A stretch of 64,000 nucleotides of DNA, taken from positions 5,792,001-5,856,000 of the forward strand of contig CBDBDQ010000005.1 of the NCBI GenBank assembly GCA_965203905.1. Reading direction: 5' to 3'. How positions within the stretch are numbered: the stretch's first letter is position 1; the number at the start of each line of letters is the position of its first letter. Shown here one piece after another: positions 10,253-20,345 of this stretch. Both the position numbers and the translations under genes were made by a program. The DNA comes from Spirochaetia bacterium. GTDB lineage: Bacteria > Spirochaetota > Spirochaetia > SZUA-6 > Bin103. The notes under the pieces are model-generated. The model ran no database searches, was not told where the DNA came from, and saw only the letters and a program-made list of their open reading frames with translations.

Positions 10253-11356
10253 ATGACACTCGTCAGAATGCTGCGATGCATTGCAGCCACGCTGCTGGCA
10301 TCGGTGGCCGTGGGCACGGTCTTCGCGCACGACACCGAAAGCATGGAAGATCTCACCCGCGCCGCCGAGCGCGGGGATGCGGAGTCCCAATTCGACCTGG
10401 GATTCATGTACGCGACGGGCTTCGGCGACTTCGAATCTGACAGCGCCGAGGCGCTCACTTGGTATCGCCGGGCGGCCGAACAGGGACTCGCCCAGGCTCA
10501 AAGCGTCCTGGGCGGTATGTACGCGCGGGGCGACATCCTGGAGCAAGACTTCACCCAGGCTGCGACTTGGTGCCTGCTTGGCGCCGAACAGGATGACGCC
10601 GAGGGGCAGCTCTGCATGGCCTTGTTGTATGCCGGCGGCTGCGGCGTCGAGCAGGACTATGCGGAATCCGCCCGGTGGTATCTCCTGGCCGCCAACCAGG
10701 GGACCGGGGAGGCTCAGGCCAGACTCGGCGACATGTACGCCAATGGTGAGGGTGGTGTCCAGCGGGATCCCGTCGAAGCGGACAAGTGGTACCGGCGAGC
10801 CGTTGAGCCGGGCACCTACCACTCCACGAAGGTGGCCGGTGTCGAAATCTTCTCCGGTCGGCATCTCTTGTTCCACCTCTTCGTGCTTGCCAGGCTGTAC
10901 CAGAACGGTATCGGCATTCCCCATAATGACGTCGCGGCATACAAGTGGCTCGACATCAAGAACCGCCTGCTGTCCGACGGGTCTGGCACGATGACTTCGG
11001 AGGGCACGCCGCCGGAACTCGACAATCTGGCGAAGAGAATGACAAGCGAACAGGTGGCTGAGGCGCAGCGCGCGGCCGATGCGTTTCTCGCAACCTACCG
11101 GATCGACTCGTACGAGGTCTGGCGCCGTATGGCCAGCATGAGGTCTTTGCCAAAGGAGGCACGGGTAAAGCGTGTGTCGAGAGCGCTCTATCCCGTGGCC
11201 CGTTTGGGGTATCCGGTGGCTCGTTGGTGGTGGCGGACTCGATCTGCCGTTCGCGCGAGGATCTCTCCTCCCGTCATCCCTGAGGCCCCGATGACGACTG
11301 GGAGCCGCGGCACGCCGGCGTGCAGAGCCGCCACGACCAGCTCCATAAACAGGTGA
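10253..11356 (+). CDS. Secreted Sel1-like repeat protein
   Basis: Signal peptide; repeated AQxxLGxMYxxG...WYxxAAxQG units; C-terminal AYKWL...MTSEQVAEAQ motif. Confidence 0.88.
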   Translation: MTLVRMLRCIAATLLASVAVGTVFAHDTESMEDLTRAAERGDAESQFDLGFMYATGFGDFESDSAEALTWYRRAAEQGLAQAQSVLGGMYARGDILEQDFTQAATWCLLGAEQDDAEGQLCMALLYAGGCGVEQDYAESARWYLLAANQGTGEAQARLGDMYANGEGGVQRDPVEADKWYRRAVEPGTYHSTKVAGVEIFSGRHLLFHLFVLARLYQNGIGIPHNDVAAYKWLDIKNRLLSDGSGTMTSEGTPPELDNLAKRMTSEQVAEAQRAADAFLATYRIDSYEVWRRMASMRSLPKEARVKRVSRALYPVARLGYPVARWWWRTRSAVRARISPPVIPEAPMTTGSRGTPACRAATTSSINR

Positions 11357-11562
11357 GAGGAGATCCGCCACGCGGCAGGGTGGGAAGCGTCTGGCGCGCG
11401 TGAGGCGATCGCCGAACGGCTGGTACGGCCGCGCATTGGTGGCCCACGTGCAGGTGAAGCGCGTTCGCCTTTAGCTCGCCTGGGAGATCCCGCGGTTGAC
11501 CGGCGGCGGAAAAACATCGACGATTGGGCAGCGTCCGACTCGCAGAACACGGAGGTATCGAA

Positions 11563-12696
11563 ATGCCAATGACCGGCACGGCGCCGATCGCGGCTCCCGG
11601 CTGGACGGCGCAGAAGGAGACCGGCGTCCGCATCGTGGACTGCGACGTCCACCACAGCTTCGAGAGCCCCGAGCAGCTCCTCCCCTACCTGTCCAAGTTC
11701 TACCAGGAGCACCTGTACGACCAGGGGCTGCACTTCGCCGGCGGCGGCTACCCCAACACCCCGTTCCGCAAGACGCGCAACGACCTCAAGGACCCCGACC
11801 TCAAGCGGCGCGACTTCAACTTCAGCCTGGAGTTCACGCAGCGGGAGTTACTGGATCGCTGGAACATCGACGTGGCCCTGTTGACCGGGTCTCCTTCCGA
11901 CATCTACGGGGCGGCCGGCGTGGCCGACCCCGACTGGGGCGCCGCGCTGTGCCGGGCGTTCAACGATTACACCATCGAGCACTGGCTGGAGCGCGACGAA
12001 CGGGTGGTGCAGGCGATCCTGGTGGCGCCCACCGACCCGGCGCAGGCGGTGGCCGAGATCAGGCGTCTCGCGGGGCGCAAGGACACGGCCGCCGTGCACA
12101 TACCGATGAACACCGCCATGCCGTTCGGCAACCGCTTCTACCACCCGATCTGGGAAGCGTGCGCCGAGCACGGCCTGCCGGTGGTGTCGCACATCGGCGG
12201 CTCCGGTCCCAGCGGCAACACCATGACCCCGGTGGGTTATCCCACCTACTACATGGAGACGCGCATGGCGCGGCCGATGGCGGCCAGCGCGCAGGCGGCG
12301 TCGCTGATATGCGAAGGGGTGTTCGAGAAGTTTCCGACGCTGAAGTTCGCCATGATCGAGGTGCAGCAGCTCTGGGCGGTGTCGGTGATGTGGCACATGG
12401 ACTTCGACTGGAGGGCGATCCGCGACCAGACCCCCTGGCTCAAGCGGCTGCCCAGCGAGTACTTCCGCGACCACATCCGGGTCGGCACCCAGCCGATGCA
12501 CGAGCCGGAGCGTCCCGAACAGTTGCAGCAGATGCTGGAGATGCTGCACGCCGATGAGACGCTGGTGTTCTGCAGCGACTTCCCCCACTTCGACCAGAAT
12601 GACCCGGTGACGGTGCTGCCCGGCATCTCCGACCACATGCGCCGGCGCATCTTCTGCGACAACGGGCTGGAGATGCTGCGCATGCCCGAGGCGTAG
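11563..12696 (+). CDS. Amidohydrolase_2 family metal-dependent hydrolase/decarboxylase
   Basis: VDCDVH, PVVSH, EGVFEKFP and CSDFPH motifs; GGAGG RBS upstream. Confidence 0.88.
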   Translation: MPMTGTAPIAAPGWTAQKETGVRIVDCDVHHSFESPEQLLPYLSKFYQEHLYDQGLHFAGGGYPNTPFRKTRNDLKDPDLKRRDFNFSLEFTQRELLDRWNIDVALLTGSPSDIYGAAGVADPDWGAALCRAFNDYTIEHWLERDERVVQAILVAPTDPAQAVAEIRRLAGRKDTAAVHIPMNTAMPFGNRFYHPIWEACAEHGLPVVSHIGGSGPSGNTMTPVGYPTYYMETRMARPMAASAQAASLICEGVFEKFPTLKFAMIEVQQLWAVSVMWHMDFDWRAIRDQTPWLKRLPSEYFRDHIRVGTQPMHEPERPEQLQQMLEMLHADETLVFCSDFPHFDQNDPVTVLPGISDHMRRRIFCDNGLEMLRMPEA

Positions 12697-12698
12697 CG

Positions 12699-13103
12699 GT
12701 GGCGGCCGGCGCCAACGGACGGGCGCGCCGGGTCGTCGTCGGCAAGGTGGCGGAGATCCCGGTGGGCGGCCGCAAGCTGGTGGTGCCGTTCCGGGGCCGC
12801 GCCGGGATCGGCGTGTTCAACGTCAAGGGCACCTTCTACGCGCTGCGCAACATCTGCCCGCACAACCTGGGACCCCTGTGCACCGGCCACGTCAGCGGCC
12901 GCTTCGTCGCCAGCGGCCCGCCTTCAAGCGCCGGTGCCACGCTGGCCATGGACCGCGACGGCGAGATCCTGCGCTGTCCGTGGCACAACTGGGCGTTCGA
13001 CATCACCGACGGAAGCTGCCTCGGGGACCCACGGCTGCGGGTAAAGACCTACCCGGTCGCAGTCGAGGGCGACGACCTGGTCGTCGAGTACGCCGACGAG
13101 TGA
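12699..13103 (+). CDS. Rieske 2Fe-2S ferredoxin
   Basis: CPH...CPWH Rieske ligands. Confidence 0.9.
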   Translation: MAAGANGRARRVVVGKVAEIPVGGRKLVVPFRGRAGIGVFNVKGTFYALRNICPHNLGPLCTGHVSGRFVASGPPSSAGATLAMDRDGEILRCPWHNWAFDITDGSCLGDPRLRVKTYPVAVEGDDLVVEYADE

Positions 13104-13180
13104 GCGTCAGCGCCGGCGATTGACAACCTCGCGAGTGTCTGCCACAAGAGTCGGGTGCTGCTTCCGTGAGGAGGCCCGCA

Positions 13181-13426
13181 ATGCACATTCGGTACGACTC
13201 CGAGGCTGATGTGATTTTTCTTTCGCTTCGAGCAGCGGCAGGAGGGGAAGCCGGGGGCAAGCGGCTCGACGAAGGGCGGATCGCCCATCTCGATCAAGCT
13301 GGCCAAATCTTCGCTTATGAGTTCCTGGGTGTCAGTCGAGGCGTTTCACTCACGGGAATCGACAGGGACGATGCCGACCAGATTCGCGAATCGATCAGGC
13401 CGCTCGTCCAGCTCGCGGTCGGGTAG
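13181..13426 (+). CDS. DUF2283-like small protein
   Basis: MHIRYDSEADVIFLSL...LDQAGQIFAYEFL pattern; GAGGAGG RBS. Confidence 0.7.
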   Translation: MHIRYDSEADVIFLSLRAAAGGEAGGKRLDEGRIAHLDQAGQIFAYEFLGVSRGVSLTGIDRDDADQIRESIRPLVQLAVG

Positions 13427-13446
13427 GTGCAGGAGACGATAATTCC

Positions 13447-15057
13447 ATGTTGAGCCGTGAGCTGCAGATAGAGCAGCGGTACCTGATCCTGCCGGTGCGG
13501 CGGCGGCCGGCCACCGGAATCCTGCGGCAGGCGGCCGGGCACATGCGCCTGCGCGCGGGCGACGAGGTGGTGCGTCACTTCGACATCGACCTGGCCGACG
13601 GGGCCGGCGACTACCAGGTGTTCAGCGACCTGGAGCCGTTCCTGGGGCGGCGGCTCACCGTGGAGTTCGAGGGCTCCGGCGCGGCGTCGCTGGCCGGGTT
13701 GCGCCTGGCGGCGGAGCCGGTGCCCGCTGCCGGGCTGTACCGCGAGCGCCTGCGGCCGCAGTTCCACTTCTCCTCCCGGCGCGGCTGGAACAACGACCCC
13801 AACGGCCTGTTCTGGTATGGCGGCGAGTATCACCTGCTCTACCAGCACAATCCCTACAGCGTCGAGTGGGGAAACCTGCACTGGGGGCATGCCGTGAGCC
13901 GCGACCTGGTGCACTGGACCGAGCTGCCGGTGGCCCTGTACCCCGACGAGTTGGGCGCCATGTCCACCGGTTGCGCCGTCGTGGACTACGAAAACACCTC
14001 CGGGCTGGGGAGTCCGGGCGCGCCCGCGGTGGTCGCTATCTACACCGCGGGCCACGCCTCCTGGACCCCGGGATTCGTGCAGTGCCTGGCGATCTCCACC
14101 GACGGCGGCGCCACCTGGAGCAAGTACGATGGCAACCCGGTGATCGACCACATCGTCCACCGCAACCGCGATCCCAAGGTGATCTGGCACCCCGAGAGCG
14201 AGCGCTGGGTGATGGTGCTGTACCTGGACGGCTTCGACTACGCGATCTTCACCTCGCCCAACCTGTTGCAGTGGGAGCGCACCAGCGACCTGGAACTGCC
14301 GCGTTGCACCGAGTGCCCGGAGCTGTTTCCGCTGCCGCTGGACGGGGAGACGAAGTGGGTATTCTGGGGCGCCAACAGTTCCTACCTGGTGGGCTCCTTC
14401 GACGGCCGCACCTTCCACCCGGAGCAGGCGCCGCGCAAGCTGCAGCCGGACGGCAACGGCTACGCCGCCCAGACCTTTAGCGACGTGCCGCCCGAAGATG
14501 GCCGGCGGGTGCAGATCGCCTGGCTCAGGCAGCAGATGCCGGGGATGCCGTTCGGCCAGTGCATGACCATTCCGCACAGCCTGGGGCTGCAGCGCCGCGG
14601 CGGCCAGGTGCTGCTGACCGCGGCCCCGGTGCGCGAGCTGGAGCGCCTGCGGGCGGAGACCTGGGAGATCGCGGATACGGAGATAACGCCGGCGCGGCCG
14701 CTCCAGGCCGAGGTGAGCGGCGAGCTGCTGGACGTGGAGGCGGAGCTGGAGCTGGGCTCGGCCGACTGCGTGGGCGTGGTGGTGCGCGGCGTGCCGGTGT
14801 TCTACGACCGGCGCCTGGGCGCGCTGTGCTGCGGCGGCTACACGGTGCCGCTGCCGGCTCCCGAGGGTCCGTTCAAGTGGCGAATCCTGGCCGACCGCGC
14901 CTCGCTGGAGCTGTACGCGGACGATGGCGCGGTGACCATTGCCGCGGGCATCATCCTGCCGGAGTGGGAGACCGCGGTACGGCTGGTGGCCGTCGGCGGC
15001 AACGCGGTGGCGCGGCGGGTGACGGTGGCGCGGCTGCGGTCGGCGTGGTCGGTATGA
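13447..15057 (+). CDS. GH32 levanase/beta-fructofuranosidase
   Basis: WNNDPNG, WGHAVS, RDPKV and ECP catalytic motifs. Confidence 0.93.
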   Translation: MLSRELQIEQRYLILPVRRRPATGILRQAAGHMRLRAGDEVVRHFDIDLADGAGDYQVFSDLEPFLGRRLTVEFEGSGAASLAGLRLAAEPVPAAGLYRERLRPQFHFSSRRGWNNDPNGLFWYGGEYHLLYQHNPYSVEWGNLHWGHAVSRDLVHWTELPVALYPDELGAMSTGCAVVDYENTSGLGSPGAPAVVAIYTAGHASWTPGFVQCLAISTDGGATWSKYDGNPVIDHIVHRNRDPKVIWHPESERWVMVLYLDGFDYAIFTSPNLLQWERTSDLELPRCTECPELFPLPLDGETKWVFWGANSSYLVGSFDGRTFHPEQAPRKLQPDGNGYAAQTFSDVPPEDGRRVQIAWLRQQMPGMPFGQCMTIPHSLGLQRRGGQVLLTAAPVRELERLRAETWEIADTEITPARPLQAEVSGELLDVEAELELGSADCVGVVVRGVPVFYDRRLGALCCGGYTVPLPAPEGPFKWRILADRASLELYADDGAVTIAAGIILPEWETAVRLVAVGGNAVARRVTVARLRSAWSV

Positions 15058-15878
15058 GCCTCTCGGTGACCCCGATCGCGGGGGCCCTCGGCGCAGAGGT
15101 CGCCGGCGTGGACCTGGGCCGCTCGCTGGACGCCGCCACCGTGGCGGAGATCAGGCAGGCGCTCCTGGAGCACCTGGTGATTTTCTTTCCCGCGCAGGAG
15201 CTGACCCCGAAATCGCTGCTGGCGTTTGCCCGGTGCCTTGGAGAACCCCTCGCCTACCCCCAGTTGCAGGGCCTGCCGGAGGAGCCGCTGGTGACCGCGG
15301 TCACCAAGCTGGAGCACGAGCGCGTCGCCTTCGGCGGCGTGTGGCACACCGACACCAGCTACCTGGAGCAGCCGCCGCTGGGCAGCCTGCTGTACGCGGT
15401 GGAGCTGCCACCCTACGGCGGCGACACCCTGTTCGCCAACCAGTACCTGGCCTACGAGCGGCTCTCCGAGGGACTGCAGAGAACCCTCGCCGGGCTCACT
15501 GCCGTATACACCTCCACCAAGCCGGCGGTGGCCGCGACGCGCGAGGACCGGCTGCGCGAGCGCGGGGTGAAGGCGAAGGTGCTCACCAGCGAGCACCCGG
15601 TGGTCCGCACCCACCCGGAAACCGGCCGCAAGGCGCTGTACGTCAACCGCGGGCACACCTCGCACTTCAAGGGCTGGAGCGAAGCGGAGAGCGAGTCGCT
15701 ATTGGAGTACCTGTTCCAGCACCAGGTGGCGCCGGAATTCACCTGCCGCTACCGCTGGCAGCCCGGCTCCCTGGCGGTCTGGGACAACCGCTGCACCCAG
15801 CACCTCCCGATCAACGACTACGACGGCTTCCGCCGCGTGATGCACCGCGTCACGCTGGCCGGCGACCGGCCTGCCTGA
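15054..15878 (+). CDS. TauD/TfdA family Fe(II)/2-oxoglutarate dioxygenase
   Basis: WHTD, GGDTLF, HPVVRTHPETGRK, WDNRCTQH; ATG overlaps the GH32 stop. Confidence 0.92.
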   Translation: MSLSVTPIAGALGAEVAGVDLGRSLDAATVAEIRQALLEHLVIFFPAQELTPKSLLAFARCLGEPLAYPQLQGLPEEPLVTAVTKLEHERVAFGGVWHTDTSYLEQPPLGSLLYAVELPPYGGDTLFANQYLAYERLSEGLQRTLAGLTAVYTSTKPAVAATREDRLRERGVKAKVLTSEHPVVRTHPETGRKALYVNRGHTSHFKGWSEAESESLLEYLFQHQVAPEFTCRYRWQPGSLAVWDNRCTQHLPINDYDGFRRVMHRVTLAGDRPA

Positions 15879-16174
15879 CCATAGGTCGGCCAACCCGCAG
15901 GGTGGCCGGGCACACTTTCGAGTCGACCGGTCCGCTTGACAATCGTTCAAGCGTTGGTAAGCGAACTCGTTGGACGTCACCACCCGTGCGCCGACAGTTC
16001 CCATCCTTGGCAGCCCGGCACGGTACATCGGATCAGCATCACTTTCTCCCATAGACTCTCAACTCTCGACGGCCTGTTGGTCTTTCTGGATTTCATGTTT
16101 ACTATGGCTCACGATTACAAATTGCACGCGACACGAGAGTACATCAGAAATTAGATCAGCATGGAGGAACGAAA

Positions 16175-16744
16175 ATGACGAACAGGGACACCCTCAGGGA
16201 AGACATCGCATACGTCCGCGACGCGACGAGTCGAGCGAGTGCAACCACGGTCCCGTCGATCCATCTTCTGTGGGCGGCAATCGGATTGTGCGGCTTCGTG
16301 CTGGTCGATTTCGTGGAAGACTCCCGCTGGATCGGGGTTTTCTGGTTGCTGGCAGGTCCCGGGGGCGCGATCCTTTCTATGTGGCTCGGTTTTCGCGCGC
16401 AGCGTCAGGTCGGACAATTCGATCGGCGTAGCGGTAGTCGGTTGGGTCTGCACTGGCTCGCGTTTCTCGTGGCTGGGGTGCTTGGGTTGGCGCTAGTCCT
16501 TTCGGGGCACCTCGATTGGCCGGGATTCGGCTCACTGATGGTGCTGCTCCTGAGTTTGACCTACTTCCACGTAGGCATACAGTTAGACCGCCGGCTCTTG
16601 CCGATCGCCACAGTTGCTGCGGTGTGCTACCTGGTCACCCTTATTGTGTCCGGGTACGAGTGGACCCTTGCCGGCGTCGCAATGGCGTCCGCGCTCGTCT
16701 GGCAGGCCCGACTCGGGGCACAGACGCAAGATGTTGCGCACTGA
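16175..16744 (+). CDS. Multi-pass membrane protein
   Basis: About six hydrophobic segments; GGAGG RBS; overlaps the downstream HTH gene. Confidence 0.75.
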   Translation: MTNRDTLREDIAYVRDATSRASATTVPSIHLLWAAIGLCGFVLVDFVEDSRWIGVFWLLAGPGGAILSMWLGFRAQRQVGQFDRRSGSRLGLHWLAFLVAGVLGLALVLSGHLDWPGFGSLMVLLLSLTYFHVGIQLDRRLLPIATVAAVCYLVTLIVSGYEWTLAGVAMASALVWQARLGAQTQDVAH

Positions 16745-17057
16745 TCCGGACATTCCAAGCCTCGACGAGTTGCGATCGTTAAATGGCTTGCTTGACCATC
16801 GGGTACGGCTGGCGATCTGCGTCTTGCTCTCCAAGCACGATGCCATGTCGTTTAGCCGGCTGAAGCAGGTACTTGAAGAGAAGGACGGTAGCCTCGGCAC
16901 TCATCTGCGCAAGCTGGAGGACGCCGGCTACCTGGTGATCGACAAAACCTACCGCGGCCGGCGACCCGTGACTTGGTATCAGCTTACCGGCGCTGGCCAG
17001 ACTCGACTGCAACGGCACATAACGAACCTGATGCGTCTTCTCGACCGCGCCCGCTGA
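16731..17057 (+). CDS. Winged-helix transcriptional regulator (HTH_34/ArsR-like)
   Basis: HRVRLAICVLL...MSFSRLK...DGSLGTHLRKLEDAGY...TWYQLT. Confidence 0.85.
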   Translation: MLRTDPDIPSLDELRSLNGLLDHRVRLAICVLLSKHDAMSFSRLKQVLEEKDGSLGTHLRKLEDAGYLVIDKTYRGRRPVTWYQLTGAGQTRLQRHITNLMRLLDRAR

Positions 17058-17119
17058 GCCCCGCGGGGCGCGCTCGACGGCGACAACCTCGACGCTGTGC
17101 GCTGCCACCCCAGCTATCA

Positions 17120-18601
17120 CTACGGATAGGGGAGCGGATCCTTCGTCAGCTGGGCGAAACTCAAATCCTCATTCGACAAGCCCGCTAGCCTGCGGGCGAT
17201 CCGAAATCGAGGATGTCCCAGCAACGGCTGCGAGGGAAGAAAGGGTGCACATAGCTGAGGTATGAACACTTTGACCAGCTTCAGCTCTCGCCACTGTGAC
17301 GGAGTCAGATCGAACGCGATTGGCTCGACTTTATTGTGCGCCAGAATCTCCAACAGCCGGTCCAGCTTGTCGCCTACGGATAGCTCGACCACATCAGCAC
17401 CAGCTCGCTCACAGAGCTCCGAGAACTTTACGGACTCCGTGCCGTTCAGATACCAATCGAGCTTCTCGCGGTTGCTCAAGTGGCCGTAGTATCCGACTAC
17501 TTTGTAGAACAGGTCGAACTCGTCGAGTTCGGCGTCAGGCCTGACGCTGAACATCCTTCTCAGATTATATCCCAGTGGCTTGTCCGGAGCCAATATTCCC
17601 ATCCGCAACATTCGTTCACTCTGTCCGAATTCGCCCAACGTCTTGACCAACAACCGGTGTGGGCACAGGTCCGCCCCACCTCCCGCGTAGTATGAGAATT
17701 CATTGAAGTACGGCTCCACTCGAATCGCCGTAAACACCGGTACTTCGTGCAGATCAACGTTATGATAGTAGACCTGTGTCGGTACTGGCCAACGGTTCAG
17801 ATCCGCCACCAGCCGCGCGCACTCCTTGCTCTTTTCGAAGCCACCATCCAATTCCACTCGAAGCGGAGGAATGCCCGCGTACCACCGAACATTGACGGCG
17901 TCACGCTCAATCACCTCGGTGACTGCGTGGTAAATGGCATCCTGTATCGACACATGGCAGCTCAGTCCACCACTCTGCGAATACCCTATAGAGTCCTCGC
18001 CGCGGGTGAATACGTACCAGAAGTCCACCAACTGGGCCGGTACCGACACTGCTTCTCCGTCCAGCAGACTCTTGCCAACAACCCAAGCTACCCGCGAGTC
18101 CTCCGTAAACGGTTTGTACAGACCCTCAGGACTGTGCATATTGCACTGCTCCGGTGCGAACAACTTGATCTGGTTCGGAGTCAAGTGCCTCACCCCCTCG
18201 CGGTCCAACTCGTGCGCCGTAGCAAGCCGATAGTTCCCCAAACCATTCAGATGACAAAGTGAACCGACTACTCGCTCCACGCCCTCCCCCAGACTGGACA
18301 AAAACATGTCCGAAAGCAGAAATCCCTTGCCGCCGCCGTGGACGTTGGTGCCGACACCGGTATCCAGCGAAGGCATGGTCAACAATCGCGACAGCACGTG
18401 GTTCAGATCATATTGCTCGGCATGGCCGGAGCACACATGAAGCTGGCCATCGGCACCAAAGTACGACACCACACGAGTGATCGGACCGGTCGTCGGATTG
18501 AGCTGCGCGGTCAATTCGCCGATCGCTGTCCGCTGTCGACTACTCACCAGGTACGGCAGCAGTTCAGTCCCATTGTTAACGCCTCTTGATCGTAATTCCA
18601 T
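17120..18601 (-). CDS. YcaO cyclodehydratase (SagD-like, azoline-forming)
   Basis: GKG...SLGEGVER, SQSGGLS...AVTEVIERDA ATP-binding motifs; C-terminal KDPLPYP Pro-rich tail; start placed at MELRSRG rather than the ORF-track start, which overlaps the permease. Confidence 0.92.
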   Translation of the reverse strand: MELRSRGVNNGTELLPYLVSSRQRTAIGELTAQLNPTTGPITRVVSYFGADGQLHVCSGHAEQYDLNHVLSRLLTMPSLDTGVGTNVHGGGKGFLLSDMFLSSLGEGVERVVGSLCHLNGLGNYRLATAHELDREGVRHLTPNQIKLFAPEQCNMHSPEGLYKPFTEDSRVAWVVGKSLLDGEAVSVPAQLVDFWYVFTRGEDSIGYSQSGGLSCHVSIQDAIYHAVTEVIERDAVNVRWYAGIPPLRVELDGGFEKSKECARLVADLNRWPVPTQVYYHNVDLHEVPVFTAIRVEPYFNEFSYYAGGGADLCPHRLLVKTLGEFGQSERMLRMGILAPDKPLGYNLRRMFSVRPDAELDEFDLFYKVVGYYGHLSNREKLDWYLNGTESVKFSELCERAGADVVELSVGDKLDRLLEILAHNKVEPIAFDLTPSQWRELKLVKVFIPQLCAPFLPSQPLLGHPRFRIARRLAGLSNEDLSFAQLTKDPLPYP

Positions 18602-18618
18602 CTTCACAGTGTCGCCAC

Positions 18619-19404
18619 CTACTCCCAACGTAAGAAAAGACATATCAGTAGAATCGAAAGTGCGCCATAACCCGACAGCACCCACCACGTAATGCTCGCT
18701 ACTGCATTGATGGAGCCCCCTGTCCAAGCGGCGGTAAGCAACGTGCCCACGTGCGTCAACGGAAGCGCATTGCTGACGTATTGAAGAAACACCGGAGAGT
18801 CGTCAATCGGGATCGACAATCCCGATAGCAACAGATTCGGCATAAACAGCAATTGGCCGCAAGGTGCCACTGCACCGTGCGATCTTATCGTGGCAGCAAT
18901 CAGCATCCCCGCTGGTATCATGGAAGCCGCACCAAGCATCAAGCCCAATCCCAATGTAAGCAGACTAGACAAGCTGGTCGGGAAATAGATTCCGTACAAG
19001 ATTCCGTTGGTCACCAGCAGCAGCAGCACGAACACCAGAAAAAACAACAGATTGGCAAACAGAAAGGACAACACGAGATTTGCCCGTGACAACGGCGAAG
19101 CCCTATATAGCTTAAGCAAGCCGTACGACCGCTGCGCGGCAAAATTGGTAGGTATGGTAATGAATGCGCTGGCCGCCAGATTGATCCCAATAGCATCCCA
19201 AACAATGACATTTCTGTGATATACGCCGGCCACGTCAGTTGCATAATCGCCATACAGTACAGCCAATATTGGTACAATAGCGATCGAAAAGACAGCGCCG
19301 AATACCAGCCCCACCGGCTCTCTCATGAGTAGTAGCAACTGATATCCAGTGGACCGTAGAAGCTGCTCTGTCCGAGTACTGGCGTGGCTATCGTGGAGTT
19401 TCAT
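18619..19404 (-). CDS. ABC-2 type exporter permease (SagH/I-like)
   Basis: Six hydrophobic segments, LLSGLSIPI, ALPLTH; follows the ABC ATPase. Confidence 0.85.
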   Translation of the reverse strand: MKLHDSHASTRTEQLLRSTGYQLLLLMREPVGLVFGAVFSIAIVPILAVLYGDYATDVAGVYHRNVIVWDAIGINLAASAFITIPTNFAAQRSYGLLKLYRASPLSRANLVLSFLFANLLFFLVFVLLLLVTNGILYGIYFPTSLSSLLTLGLGLMLGAASMIPAGMLIAATIRSHGAVAPCGQLLFMPNLLLSGLSIPIDDSPVFLQYVSNALPLTHVGTLLTAAWTGGSINAVASITWWVLSGYGALSILLICLFLRWE

Positions 19405-19412
19405 CGAGTGCC

Positions 19413-20345
19413 TCAGGGTGTCTCAGACGTGGCCATGCAAACATGGTAGATGTCCTCCAGATTGGATTTCCTGAAAAACCTGTGACTGATCTCGTCGTAA
19501 TTCAACATCCGGGCCAGACTTGACTCCGCAAGCGCCTTGGAGGTGATAAGTAGCACGCGACCCTGTACCTGCCCAAACCAGACGATACCGTCCGCACCGC
19601 CAATCTGCATCTCGAGGCTGCGCAGGAGCAGCTGTGGATTTGGAGCCGCTATCACGTATGTCATGAAGGCGCCAAATCGCTCGACGATATCGGCCACCTT
19701 GCCGCTGGCCCGCACCTCACCATCGACCAGGAACGCCACCCGGTCACAGTTGACTTCCATGTCCTCGAGCGCATGACTGGAACACACGATCGAGCGCCCG
19801 GCATCGCGGCGCCGTCGCACCGCTTCCCAGAATTGGGAACGCGCGCCTGGATCCATACCCGCAGTGGGTTCATCGAGCAACACGATCGGCGGATCCCCGA
19901 GAAAAGCTAGGGCGATCAGCACACGCCGCTTCTCGCCCCCCGACAGTGTCCGAAAGAACGAACGATAGTGACTCTCGTCGAGGCCGAACTCGGCGCACAG
20001 CGCGCGCGGATTCTCGTTCGCCACAAAGGCCCTGAGAAAGAACCAGAAGGTGTCCGAGACCCGCGTGAATGGAGGCAATTCGGTGGTCTGGAACTGTACC
20101 CCAAAGTGACGGGATGCCTGGGCGTGCTCGGTCCATGTATCATAATTCATGATCCTTGAATTTCCCAAAGTCGGCTTGGTTATGCCGATTGCACACTCCA
20201 TGAGCGTCGTCTTACCGGCGCCATTCGGACCGATGAGGCCGACCACCTCGCCAGGCTCTACGTACAAATCAATCTCATCAAGGGCAGTCTTGGTGCCATA
20301 CCTCTTGCTCATCTCACGAATCTCCATAACGGCGTTTCCGCTCAT
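19413..20345 (-). CDS. ABC exporter ATP-binding protein (SagG-like)
   Basis: GPNGAGKTT, LSGGE, LLDEPTAG. Confidence 0.93.
   Translation of the reverse strand: MSGNAVMEIREMSKRYGTKTALDEIDLYVEPGEVVGLIGPNGAGKTTLMECAIGITKPTLGNSRIMNYDTWTEHAQASRHFGVQFQTTELPPFTRVSDTFWFFLRAFVANENPRALCAEFGLDESHYRSFFRTLSGGEKRRVLIALAFLGDPPIVLLDEPTAGMDPGARSQFWEAVRRRRDAGRSIVCSSHALEDMEVNCDRVAFLVDGEVRASGKVADIVERFGAFMTYVIAAPNPQLLLRSLEMQIGGADGIVWFGQVQGRVLLITSKALAESSLARMLNYDEISHRFFRKSNLEDIYHVCMATSETP

Noticed and set aside
18602-18727. ORF-track N-terminal extension of YcaO
   Set aside because: It overlaps the ABC permease on the same strand; the start at 18601 (or GTG 18607) fits better.
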